Part shown: one piece after another, positions 29,162 to 37,625 of the stretch | Layout of the letters: every line of letters begins with the position of its first letter | How positions within the stretch are numbered: position 1 is the first letter of the stretch | Origin: a bacterium | GTDB lineage: Bacteria; Verrucomicrobiota; Verrucomicrobiia; Limisphaerales; UBA11358 | Assembly (NCBI GenBank): GCA_021780905.1 | Contig: JAJXXW010000093.1 | Location: 1,559 to 65,558 of the forward strand | DNA length: 64,000 bases | Direction of reading: 5' to 3' | The notes under the pieces: generated by a model | What the model saw: the letters and a program-made list of their open reading frames with translations, nothing else | What the model was told of the DNA's origin: nothing | Databases searched by the model: none | Made by a program: the position numbers and the translations under genes

Positions 29162-30380
29162 ATTGCCAGACGGCTGGAAACAAAAGCCGCTTTCTGACCC
29201 CGGCGTTGCAACGCTGAATCCGAAAAAATCTGAGGTCAGCAGTTTGAACGCACGGCTGGAAGTTACGTTCGTGCCAATGGCTGCGGTTGATGACGGCAGC
29301 GGCACGATTGCCCGGCCTGGCGTTCGCAGGCTCGGTGAAGTCAAAAAGGGCTACACCTACTTCAAAGAGGGAGACGTAATCTTCGCCAAAATCACTCCCT
29401 GCATGGAGAATGGCAAAAGTGCCATTGCACGCGGACTCCGCAACGGAATCGGTTTTGGCTCAACCGAATTTCACGTTGTTCGCGCCGGCCCAGAAACCCA
29501 ACCTGAATGGCTTCATTTAATTCTCCGCAGCCAGCAGGTGCGCGATGACGCCGAGAATGCGATGCACGGCGCAGCAGGACAGCAACGTGTGCCGATAGAA
29601 TTTCTTGAGCAACTTGAAATCCCCGTTCCGCCGCTGGCAGAGCAGCGGCGGATTGTGGCGCGGGTGGAAGCGTTGGCCAGTCGTCTCGACCAAGCCCGCC
29701 AAGCCCGCCAAGCCGCCCTCGCCGAAGCCGAGTCGTTGCTTTCGTCGACGGTGTCGAAAGCGCAGAAGAAATTTCGGCGAACGGGAAAATCCACCGTGCT
29801 TGGAGAAATTCTTACTGACCTCCAATATGGAACTTCCGCCAAAGCGAGTGTTCATCCAGTGGGCACGCCGGTAATTCGCATGGGCAATATCCAGAACGGG
29901 CGAATTTTAACGGACAATTTGAAATATCTCCAACTGCCTCCGGTGGAGTTCAAGCGTTATCGGCTCGATCAAGGCGACGTTTTAATCAATCGAACAAACA
30001 GCGCCGAGTTGGTTGGCAAGACTGGACTCTTTGATCTCGCGGGAGATTTTGTTTTTGCGTCTTACCTGATTCGTTTGCGAGTCAACCGCAGCATCGCAGA
30101 CCCGGCGTTCGTGAACTACGCCATCAATTCCGACGACGGCTTGGCTTATCTGCGAAGCCAAGGCAAAGACGCAATCGGCCAGACAAACATCAACACGAAA
30201 CAGATTCGCCAAATGCCGATTACAATTCCACCGCTGCCAGCGCAGCGTGAACTCGTCGCCCGGCTGGATGCGCTGCGCGGGAAGCTGGACGAATTGCAGC
30301 GGTTGCAGCGGGAGGTGGCAGCGGAGCTGGCGGCGTTCACGCCCGCGCTGCTGGCCAAAGCCTTCCGGGGCGAATTGTGA
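29142..30380 (+). CDS. hsdS: type I restriction-modification system S subunit
   Basis: Two target-recognition halves separated by the conserved ..PPLAEQRRIVARVEAL.. and ending ..PPLPAQRELVARLDALRGKLDEL...LLAKAFRGEL. Overlaps the hsdM stop. Confidence 0.85.
   Translation: MAMELDELPDGWKQKPLSDPGVATLNPKKSEVSSLNARLEVTFVPMAAVDDGSGTIARPGVRRLGEVKKGYTYFKEGDVIFAKITPCMENGKSAIARGLRNGIGFGSTEFHVVRAGPETQPEWLHLILRSQQVRDDAENAMHGAAGQQRVPIEFLEQLEIPVPPLAEQRRIVARVEALASRLDQARQARQAALAEAESLLSSTVSKAQKKFRRTGKSTVLGEILTDLQYGTSAKASVHPVGTPVIRMGNIQNGRILTDNLKYLQLPPVEFKRYRLDQGDVLINRTNSAELVGKTGLFDLAGDFVFASYLIRLRVNRSIADPAFVNYAINSDDGLAYLRSQGKDAIGQTNINTKQIRQMPITIPPLPAQRELVARLDALRGKLDELQRLQREVAAELAAFTPALLAKAFRGEL
30253..30365 (+). 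repeat. 113-bp direct repeat, copy A (3' end of hsdS)
   Basis: 111/113 nt identical to 31141-31253. Confidence 0.9.
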
Positions 30381-30445
30381 TTTGCGCCAGGAAATGAAAA
30401 CCGAACCGGCTTGAGTTTTCTCCGGTTTGCCGTTATTAAATCACC

Positions 30446-30757
30446 ATGAGCGTCGCCGAACTGCCCATCCAGCTTGACCGCGAGAAGATAGCGGAGTTCT
30501 GCCGCGCCCGGGGCATCCGCAAGTTGAGCCTGTTCGGTTCGGTGTTGCGGGATGACTTCGATCCGCAACGCAGCGACGTGGACGTGCTGGCGGAGTTCGA
30601 GCCGGACGCGCTGAAGGGGGTTGGGTTTCGTTACTTTGGCTATGGCGAGGCGCTGGCCGCCATCATTGGCCGCAAGGTGGATTTTTGTTCACGCCTCAAC
30701 AAATACATCGAAGCGGCCGTCCGCCGGGAAGCGATTCCAATTTATGAGCGTGCATGA
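30446..30757 (+). CDS. mntA: MNT-type nucleotidyltransferase antitoxin
   Basis: ..LSLFGSVLRDDFDPQRSDVDVL.. (GSx10-ish DxD nucleotidyltransferase motif). 14-nt overlap with the DUF86 gene. Confidence 0.8.
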   Translation: MSVAELPIQLDREKIAEFCRARGIRKLSLFGSVLRDDFDPQRSDVDVLAEFEPDALKGVGFRYFGYGEALAAIIGRKVDFCSRLNKYIEAAVRREAIPIYERA

Positions 30758-31103
30758 TCCGCAGGCGACGTTGCGGCAAATTCAAGACGCGGCCCGCCGT
30801 CTCCAGATGATTTGCGTGGGCAAGACCAAGGAGCGGTTGTTGGCCGACTGGCTGGCGACCGCCGCGTTGGAACGTTTCCTGGAAATCGTGGGCGAGGGCG
30901 TGAAGCGGCTGCCGATGGATTTGCGGGCGCGGCATCCGTCCGTGCCGTGGAAGGAAATCGCCGGCACGCGCGACCATTTGAGCCACGGCTACGATGACGT
31001 GGATTATCAGGTGTTGTGGGACGCGGTGCAAAAGGATTTGCCGGTGCTGCTCGCGACGGTCGAGCAGATGCTGAAGGATTTGGATTCCGGCGGAAAAAAG
31101 TGA
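30744..31103 (+). CDS. hepT: HepT (DUF86) RNase toxin
   Basis: Rx4HxY motif in ..AGTRDHLSHGYDDV..; about 119 aa; paired with MNT. Confidence 0.8.
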   Translation: MSVHDPQATLRQIQDAARRLQMICVGKTKERLLADWLATAALERFLEIVGEGVKRLPMDLRARHPSVPWKEIAGTRDHLSHGYDDVDYQVLWDAVQKDLPVLLATVEQMLKDLDSGGKK

Positions 31104-31268
31104 GCGTTGCGCGTGGAACACGAGTCGAAGCAACGCGCCATCGTCGCCCGGCTGGATGCGCTGCGCGGGAAGCTGGACGAATTGCAGCGGTGGCAGCGGG
31201 AGGTGGCAGCGGAGCTGGCGTCGTTCACGCCCGCGCTGCTGGCCAAAGCCTTCAAAGAAGAATCGTAA
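31104..31268 (+). pseudogene. 3'-terminal remnant of a second hsdS allele
   Basis: Begins immediately after, and in frame with, the hepT stop. Encodes ALRVEHESKQRAIVARLDALRGKLDELQRWQREVAAELASFTPALLAKAFKEES*. No TRD and no start codon. Confidence 0.75.
31141..31253 (+). repeat. 113-bp direct repeat, copy B
   Basis: 111/113 nt identical to 30253-30365 (offset 888 nt). Confidence 0.9.
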
Positions 31269-31270
31269 CG

Positions 31271-32092
31271 ATGGCAGCCCACCCCACATTTCCAGCGGCG
31301 GAGCTTGAGAGTGTGTGCCGGGTGCTGGCAGATACAGACAACGGCTTGAGCGGTTCGGAGATTGGTCGCCTGCTCGCGCAACAGGGAATCGCAGACCCCG
31401 CCCCTGACCTTACCAAATGGAAGCGGCTGTCATTGGCTTTGGGCCAGCAACAGCAGCGGGACGGATGCGGCAACCGCGTCGTGAGCTTCATCCTCGAAGC
31501 CATGAAGCCAGTGCGTTATGTGGGGAAAACTGAAATCTTTGAAGCACGGCGTGTCGAATTGAACCATGTGCTGATCTTCACGGGCCTTGAACTCGGCAGC
31601 GATGGTCAATTACGCCCACGCGAGGCGGCCAAGACTCTGACAGAAGCCGACCAGCGTGCCGGACGTTTGCGCGCAGAACTACTTAAACGCAACGTCCATC
31701 CCGACGTTTTGCGTTTTTGCCGGTCCGAACTGCTACAAGAAAACTGTTTTCACGCCGTTCTGGAGGCAACCAAGAGTGTCGCCGACAAAATCCGGACGAA
31801 GACCGGTTTGACTGGCGACGGGCAGGAACTGGCCGATGCAGCCCTGGCACTCGGAAAGTCGGGGATGCCATTTCTAGCCTTCAACAGCCTGCAAACCGAG
31901 TCGGAGCAGTCGGAGCAGAAGGGACTGCTAAACTTGATGAAAGGCATGTTCGGAACTTTCCGTAACCCCACCGCCCACGCGCCGAAGATTTCGTGGAACA
32001 TGACCGAGCAGGATGCACTCGACCTGCTCACGATGGCTTCATTTTGTCATCGCCGGTTGGACAGCGCGGCTAGAACACCGAGGACGGCATGA
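31271..32092 (+). CDS. TIGR02391-like (Hypoth_ymh / Abi-like) protein
   Basis: ATG sits 2 nt after the hsdS-remnant stop. C-terminal ..LMKGMFGTFRNPTAHAP.. resembles the RNxxAH signature I associate with TIGR02391 proteins found in R-M loci. Confidence 0.5.
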   Translation: MAAHPTFPAAELESVCRVLADTDNGLSGSEIGRLLAQQGIADPAPDLTKWKRLSLALGQQQQRDGCGNRVVSFILEAMKPVRYVGKTEIFEARRVELNHVLIFTGLELGSDGQLRPREAAKTLTEADQRAGRLRAELLKRNVHPDVLRFCRSELLQENCFHAVLEATKSVADKIRTKTGLTGDGQELADAALALGKSGMPFLAFNSLQTESEQSEQKGLLNLMKGMFGTFRNPTAHAPKISWNMTEQDALDLLTMASFCHRRLDSAARTPRTA

Positions 32093-32411
32093 AACCCCGA
32101 CAGAACCATTCTGACGAATTGCAGCAGTTGGACAATGGCGACAAAACACCAATGGGTGTTTCCAACTGACGTAAAATCCGGCGTTTTGACTGCCCGGCTT
32201 TGCTCGTGCCTCACAAACCGGTCAGACAAATCGCCTCAAATGAAACCTAGACGGTCACGCACTCATCGGTCGTTCTAAAACCGCGCTCAACTCCGCCGTC
32301 GTCCGTTCATGCCACTTCCGACCTGCTCCGTTTCGCTGCCGGTTTCAGAACGCCCGTTCAGTGCGCCCATCATCATCCAATTTGATACGTTCAGCCGAAC
32401 GCGATTGTGAC

Positions 32412-32443
32412 GGCTTTCTGAAACTTGAAAGCCTTGATTTTTT
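32412..32443 (+). terminator. Rho-independent terminator-like hairpin plus T6
   Basis: GGCTTTC-tgaaactt-GAAAGCC followed by TTGATTTTTT. Lies about 320 nt downstream of the 31271-32092 stop, in an ORF-free stretch. Confidence 0.5.
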
Positions 32444-32502
32444 CGAGACACCATCCCCTACCTAGACCGGTAGGAAAAAATGCGGACCGAAACCAGGCAA
32501 CT

Positions 32503-32612
32503 AAAAGCGACGAAAAGCGACAACGCATTTGTCACTTTTCGTCGCATCCACTCCTGACATTTCGTCGGCACTCGCCGCTTTTCGTCACTTGAATTTGTCG
32601 CCATTCGTTGCC
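32503..32612 (+). repeat. iteron-like array (TTTTCGTC / GACGAAAAG cores)
   Basis: Tandem AAAAGCGAC x2 (32503-32521). 15-bp inverted repeat GCGACGAAAAGCGAC (32507-21) / GTCACTTTTCGTCGC (32531-45), 1 mismatch. Further same-sense copies CATTTCGTCGG (32558), GCTTTTCGTCAC (32577), ATTTGTCGCC (32593) and CATTCGTTGCC (32602). Confidence 0.55.
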
Positions 32613-32704
32613 CTTTGCCGCTACCTGCGGCGTGATTTCATCTCACTTTAACTTTCACCTGCTCTCTTCCACCGTTTTTCATTATCGGGCTATGCTGTCC
32701 GGCG

Positions 32705-33067
32705 ATGACTGAAACGGCACATCAAAAACGCGGCGGCAAACCGTTCCACAGTATTTTGGAACCGCACTACGATTTCATCCGCGAGCTGCGCCAACGGCGA
32801 AAGACGTGGCAGGAAATCGCCGACTTGCTGTTGAGTGAAAAGGGCATCCGCGTCACGTTTCATGCTCCGTATCTATTTTACCGGCGCCGATTGAGGCGGG
32901 CGGCCAAACCGCATTGGGAAGATGCGGGAACTATTGTCGAAGCCCAACCCGTCCGCCGCAACGAAGCGGCCAGCCGGCCACAATCACGCCAATCGCCGTT
33001 GCCGAAACCAAGCCCATTTACTCGCCCAAACATCAAAAACATTAACACCGATCGAGAATTCACATGA
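32705..33067 (+). CDS. small basic putative DNA-binding protein
   Basis: 120-aa ORF. ..RKTWQEIADLLLSEKGIRVT.. looks HTH-like. ATGA-coupled to the next gene. Confidence 0.4.
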   Translation: MTETAHQKRGGKPFHSILEPHYDFIRELRQRRKTWQEIADLLLSEKGIRVTFHAPYLFYRRRLRRAAKPHWEDAGTIVEAQPVRRNEAASRPQSRQSPLPKPSPFTRPNIKNINTDREFT

Positions 33068-33891
33068 ACACGAACATCACCAAGCGCATCCATATCAATC
33101 CCCAATCCAAAGGCAGCCTGGGCAAAAGTTTCGAGGCCGAGTTCCGCACCGCCTGGCTCGACTATCACGACATCCATTGGAACGGCTCCGACCTCGATGA
33201 CCGGCACCATTCGTTTGCCGACCGCCATCCCGAACAGGTGCAGTCCTACACGCTCGGCAATGACGACGACAGCAAATCCACCCTGCTCGGATTGTTTCGC
33301 AACGTGTCGCGCAGTGACGCACCGGTTCATGTCATTGATTGCCGGGCGCAGGCCGACGGCCTCATCGTGCAGGCATTGGAATCGTTACAACTGCTCGAAT
33401 CGCTCGCCACGCAAGGCATCCGGTTCACTTTTTTCCTGTTTCCCAGCGAAGATACCGAGAGCATGAACAATCTGCTCGACCTGTTTTATTTCGCGGGCGA
33501 CCGCGTGGATTACATCGTCGTCCACAACCCAGCCAAGGTCAGAACCAATCTGTTTAAGAAATCCAACATCGAGGCTGAGTTGAAAAAGTTTGGCGCGAAG
33601 GAACTGGCGTTGCCGGTGGTGACTTCCATCACGCTGCTAGCGATCAAACGTGCCGAGGCCAAGGCGGGCCGAAAATTGAGTTTCGCGGAAGTGGCGACTC
33701 CCAGAGCCTCGCATTTGGAATTGATGCTGGCCGGTGAAATACAATGGGCAATGCAGCAGATGTTTCGGCAATACGACGCCATCGCCGATCTGCTGGTGCC
33801 AGAGCAACAGGTGCCGGAGGTCGAATCACAGCCGGAACCGTCTGCAAAACCTGCCCGTTCCAAACAGCCGATGCTCAACCTCGGCGAATGA
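33064..33891 (+). CDS. putative ParA/TraL/VirC1-like P-loop protein (deviant Walker A)
   Basis: ..INPQSKGSLGKSF.. near the N-terminus resembles KGGxGKS; 275 aa. Assignment is tentative. Confidence 0.35.
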   Translation: MNTNITKRIHINPQSKGSLGKSFEAEFRTAWLDYHDIHWNGSDLDDRHHSFADRHPEQVQSYTLGNDDDSKSTLLGLFRNVSRSDAPVHVIDCRAQADGLIVQALESLQLLESLATQGIRFTFFLFPSEDTESMNNLLDLFYFAGDRVDYIVVHNPAKVRTNLFKKSNIEAELKKFGAKELALPVVTSITLLAIKRAEAKAGRKLSFAEVATPRASHLELMLAGEIQWAMQQMFRQYDAIADLLVPEQQVPEVESQPEPSAKPARSKQPMLNLGE

Positions 33892-34472
33892 GCATGGACT
33901 TGGACAAAGATGATTTGGCGGCGCTGTGCGCCGGGCTGACGACGGATGAAGTGGATCGGGTTCACCGGCTGTTGCATGAATGGAACGTCGGGCCGGACAG
34001 CAGTTTTCCGGTGCAACTATCGCTGCTGACCAGGGCGCAATGGCGCATCGCCGCCAATCTGCCGCGCTTGATGAATGATTCCCGCAAATTGATCGAACTG
34101 CATCTGGCCGAATACCGGCGACAGAGTCAAGCGATGGCCGATGATTTCGCCGGCACGGTGGACGGCCAGAATAAGGAGTTTAAGAAAACCGTCGAAATTC
34201 ACATTCAGGCAACCCGGCAGGCGGCGGAACAAATCCAGATGCAGCTTGCCGACGCGCAGGCAGTCGCGAAGCGGGTGAAGGATTTGATGGAAAGCGCTGC
34301 GTCTGAATGGGAAAACATCAAGGCCAGCACCACGGCTCAATGCGAACGGTTGGAACTGGTCTCCAATGACTTGCAAGACCGTTTCGCGTGGCGGGTGATG
34401 CTTCGGTCGGTCGCTTGGTTTTTTCTGGCTCTCGGCTATGGAATTTGCATCGGCCATTACTGGATTCATTGA
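33888..34472 (+). CDS. coiled-coil protein with C-terminal membrane anchor
   Basis: ATG 33888 overlaps the previous stop (ATGA). Long helical Q/A/E-rich middle. C-terminal VAWFFLALGYGICIGHYWI hydrophobic segment. Confidence 0.4.
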   Translation: MSMDLDKDDLAALCAGLTTDEVDRVHRLLHEWNVGPDSSFPVQLSLLTRAQWRIAANLPRLMNDSRKLIELHLAEYRRQSQAMADDFAGTVDGQNKEFKKTVEIHIQATRQAAEQIQMQLADAQAVAKRVKDLMESAASEWENIKASTTAQCERLELVSNDLQDRFAWRVMLRSVAWFFLALGYGICIGHYWIH

Positions 34473-34698
34473 GCTTTGCTCATGGCGCAGTCGCGCCGGC
34501 AATGACGCGCGTCAATCCAGATTCGATTGTATGTCGCCGGTCAGTTTGTCAAGGTAGTCCGCCCTGTCCCCTGCGGCTCCACCTATGACAAACTGTCCGG
34601 CTCCGGGGCTTTTGCGTCTAGGATTTGGCGCGTGGAGAACGGTTCGCCAAATGCAAATTGGTTCAAAGTTAACACCACGACAATAAACTATAAGGATC

Positions 34699-35598
34699 TT
34701 AATTACGACTTATCGTTATTTTACCATCGAGCCGTTTGGACAGATCAACCGAATCACCCACGGAAACTTCCTGCGGATTTACCTGATAGGCCCACACTTG
34801 AAAATGCGTCAGGGTCGCTTCGCCATAAATCGTCGCAAACGCACCATCCACGGCATCCGCGCCGTGAGCAACTTTGACGCGGCCGATGCGCGGGACGTTG
34901 AAACGCGGATCAAACGTGAGCCATTCGTTGCCGAGATACACTTCGCAGTAGGCGTGAAAATCCATCGGCGTGCCGGGGTCAATAAAGCCGATGTCCGGCA
35001 AATGGCCGGTGACGTAGCGCGCGGGTAAATTAAACGCGCGACACAACGCAATCGCCGCGTGCGCGAAATCTCGGCACACGCCGTAGCGGCGCTCAATGAC
35101 CTCGGACGCGGACAAATCGGCACGACCGGACATATAGCGATACTCGATATTGTTGTGAACCCAGTCGCAAATGGCCTGCACGCGCGGGAGGCCGTGGGGA
35201 ATCTGGCCGAATTGTTGCCATGCAAAATTCATCAGCTTGTCGGAATCGCAATAGCGGCTCGGCAACGTGTAGCGCAACAGTTCAAACGGCAGTTGTCCCA
35301 AGGGCAGAATGTCGCCGAAAATATCCCGGCTGTCGGGCAACGAGGAAACGGCGACGAGCGCGTCGTGGCGGACTTCATTTCTTCCCGGCATGAAAGTGGA
35401 GCGATAAGTGATGTTGCCGTGGCTGTCCTGAAATTCATACGACGGCAGACCGATGCCAAAAGAAAGTTTCTCCTGCATCACCAGCACCCGGCCTTCGAGC
35501 CGTGGTTTCAGCACAAACAGCACAGGCGTTGGCAGGGTGGTATCGTAAGCGAGGTTACAGCCGACGCGGACGGTGAGATTAAGCGGAGACCAGTTCAT
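34699..35598 (-). CDS. transglutaminase-family protein
   Basis: Cys-His-Asp core context ..YGVCRDFAHAAIALCRA.., ..DFHAYCEVYL.., ..TFDP..; 299 aa. Confidence 0.85.
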   Translation of the reverse strand: MNWSPLNLTVRVGCNLAYDTTLPTPVLFVLKPRLEGRVLVMQEKLSFGIGLPSYEFQDSHGNITYRSTFMPGRNEVRHDALVAVSSLPDSRDIFGDILPLGQLPFELLRYTLPSRYCDSDKLMNFAWQQFGQIPHGLPRVQAICDWVHNNIEYRYMSGRADLSASEVIERRYGVCRDFAHAAIALCRAFNLPARYVTGHLPDIGFIDPGTPMDFHAYCEVYLGNEWLTFDPRFNVPRIGRVKVAHGADAVDGAFATIYGEATLTHFQVWAYQVNPQEVSVGDSVDLSKRLDGKITISRN

Positions 35599-37547
35599 TT
35601 TGATTTGATTCCGGGTGGCCGCATCGGCGTGAGAGCGGCGAGAATGGATTTTTGCACCGTCGGATTGACCAGATTTCCGAGATGTCCGCCCCGGTCGAAA
35701 ACCGTCAACTGATTCGGCACGAACGTCGCATGGAGCCAGAGCAGGTCGTCGTCTGTCAGCAGAAAATCATTTTCATTGGTGATGAGGCGGATGTCGGGAT
35801 TGGCGCGCAAACCGGATTCATACGTCCGCAAGTCGCCGGCTTTTGTCAACGCCGCCGCAGTCGGTTCGCCCAGATTTCTGGTCGCATAATAGGGAATCGC
35901 AACTGGTCGAAATAACCTGATAGGAGAATTGCAAAATTTCCTGATACACCGGGTTGCGCCGGAAATTGTGAATCGGGTGGTGCAGCACGCGCTGCTTGTT
36001 TCGTTCCTGACTGCTGTAAATGATGTCCCGCAGCGCGAGCCGGAAGGTCAGGCCGATGAGAAATTTGGATTCAACGGCGCTGAACGGCAGCGACGTTTGC
36101 GGCGTGAGCGTGCTGCGGCTCAACGCAGCACCTTCAAAAAAACATTTTCCAAATCGTTGCCGCGCTCGGCAACCGGCCAGTCCAGCGGCGCGGAATAAAA
36201 TTCGTCCAGCTTGGAAATTCCCTGCGCTAGCCGCACCGGCGAATTGATGGCGACATAACGGTCGAAGTGCAGCAGCGAATTGGTCGCGCCGGTGGCCGCG
36301 ATGAACAAAGTTTCCAGCGCGCCCATGGAATAACCCATCAGCGCTCTGTTGCCCAAACGCTGCGGATATAATTTGTGCAGTCGCCGATCAATCTCGGTGA
36401 GCGCGACGTGCAAGTCGTGTCCGTCCACCGGCAGATACGCGGGCAGCGCGGCGGTCGAGGCGTGTTCCATGAATTCAGAATTGAACGGGCTGCTGACGAC
36501 CACGGCGGAAAAACCATTTTTGAAAACCAGTTCCGCCAGCGCAAGCGACGTTTCCGCCAGCCGATGCCCGCCGAGTCCGGGAACAATGTAAACCACGTTC
36601 GCCGAACCGGGTTGCAGCCAGAAAGTAAATTTCAAATCCTTGCCCGTCGCCGGAATCCGCACCGACTTGGTCGTGCCGTGCTTGGGAAATTCCGGGTCTT
36701 GGAACGTGAAGAATACCGTTTGGAGTGTTTCGAGCGAGGCGGCATCCGGTTCGCCTTTCACCTGAAAATCCGCGACCTGATTGGCGCGCGCGAACGTCCA
36801 CGCATATTGAATCTCCGAATATGGATCGGCCTCGGCCCGGCTGAAACGCACATATTCATCCACGCTGTCGGACAAATCATTATACATGACCGCGTAGGTG
36901 AAATACGAGTAAGGCCCGAAATACGTCAGCGGATTGTCCGCGACGAAACTGTAGGGCGCGATGTAAAGCAGCGGATTCGCGGCGGTGTCGGCGGCGAGGC
37001 CAAGCGTATCGCGTTCATTGCTCGGCCCGAACAGCGGCAGCATGAGAAAAAACTGCGGCTGCCAACCCCACTGGCCAAACGTCTGGCCGAAATCCGCGTC
37101 CGATTTGGGAATGTTCCATTTCGTGGCCGGATCAAACAACCCAACGATGCCAACGGTGGTGGCGCAGGCGAACCGCCACGTCTCGTCCCGCGCGCCCAGC
37201 CATTTTCCTTGCAGCAAATTATTTATCAGCCGTCCGGGATAAGTGAGGTTGTGACCAAAGTTTCCGATGCTTGTCCGCGCCGGTTTTAAGACGACGAAAC
37301 GATAGACGCGGCTGGTCGGCTTGATGATATCGGTCATCAACGCCTTGTTGAAACCCCACATCACGCGGTTGAACGGCTCGATGGGATCAGGAACGGATTT
37401 CGGAAGAACCACTTTTTCCGCTACCGGCAAATTTGTAAAGCTGGCGACATTCCCCTGTCCGCGCGCAAATTGTGCGAAGCTCAGCATCAAAGCCGCCAGC
37501 ATCGAAATGCGGCGGCAATGGCGCGATGATATATTTCTCACGCGCAA
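35595..37547 (-). pseudogene. MlaA/VacJ-like lipoprotein domain fused to an alpha/beta-hydrolase, split by two frameshifts
   Basis: Three consecutive, collinear ORFs (36120-37547, 35818-36123, 35595-35849). N-terminal VacJ-like ..PIEPFNRVMWGFN...GRLINNLLQGK.. Hydrolase GYSMGA nucleophile elbow. First break is at an A7 run (36136-36142; 8 A would restore the frame). Second break is between about 35850 and 35920. Confidence 0.7.
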
Positions 37548-37625
37548 TTTTTCAGACGGCGGAATCTTTTCCAGCTTTAATCATCTGGTCGCGCTCCGCA
37601 TCAGCGATGCCTTTTTCAACAAGCC

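Larger units (their letters stand above)
19830..34698 (+). mobile_element. integrative mobilizable island inserted at the 3' end of tRNA-Cys (right boundary not resolved)
   Basis: Tyrosine integrase 160 nt downstream of the tRNA, then Xis-like HTH, MobF relaxase, type I R-M, TA pair and a P-loop module. No T4SS/T4CP genes. Visibly lower GC than the 1-19.7 kb flank. No clean attR repeat found. Confidence 0.6.

Noticed and set aside
31016-31270. N-terminal extension of the 31016-32092 ORF
   Set aside because: It runs through the end of hepT and the hsdS remnant in a different frame and translates to low-complexity sequence. ATG 31271 gives a sensible start.
34473-34698. attR candidates for the tRNA-Cys island (TTCGATTGTATGTCGCC at ~34522; GTCCCCTGCGGCTCCACCTA at ~34568)
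   Set aside because: Only patchy identity to the tRNA 3' end (about half the positions). This is not distinguishable from chance by eye.
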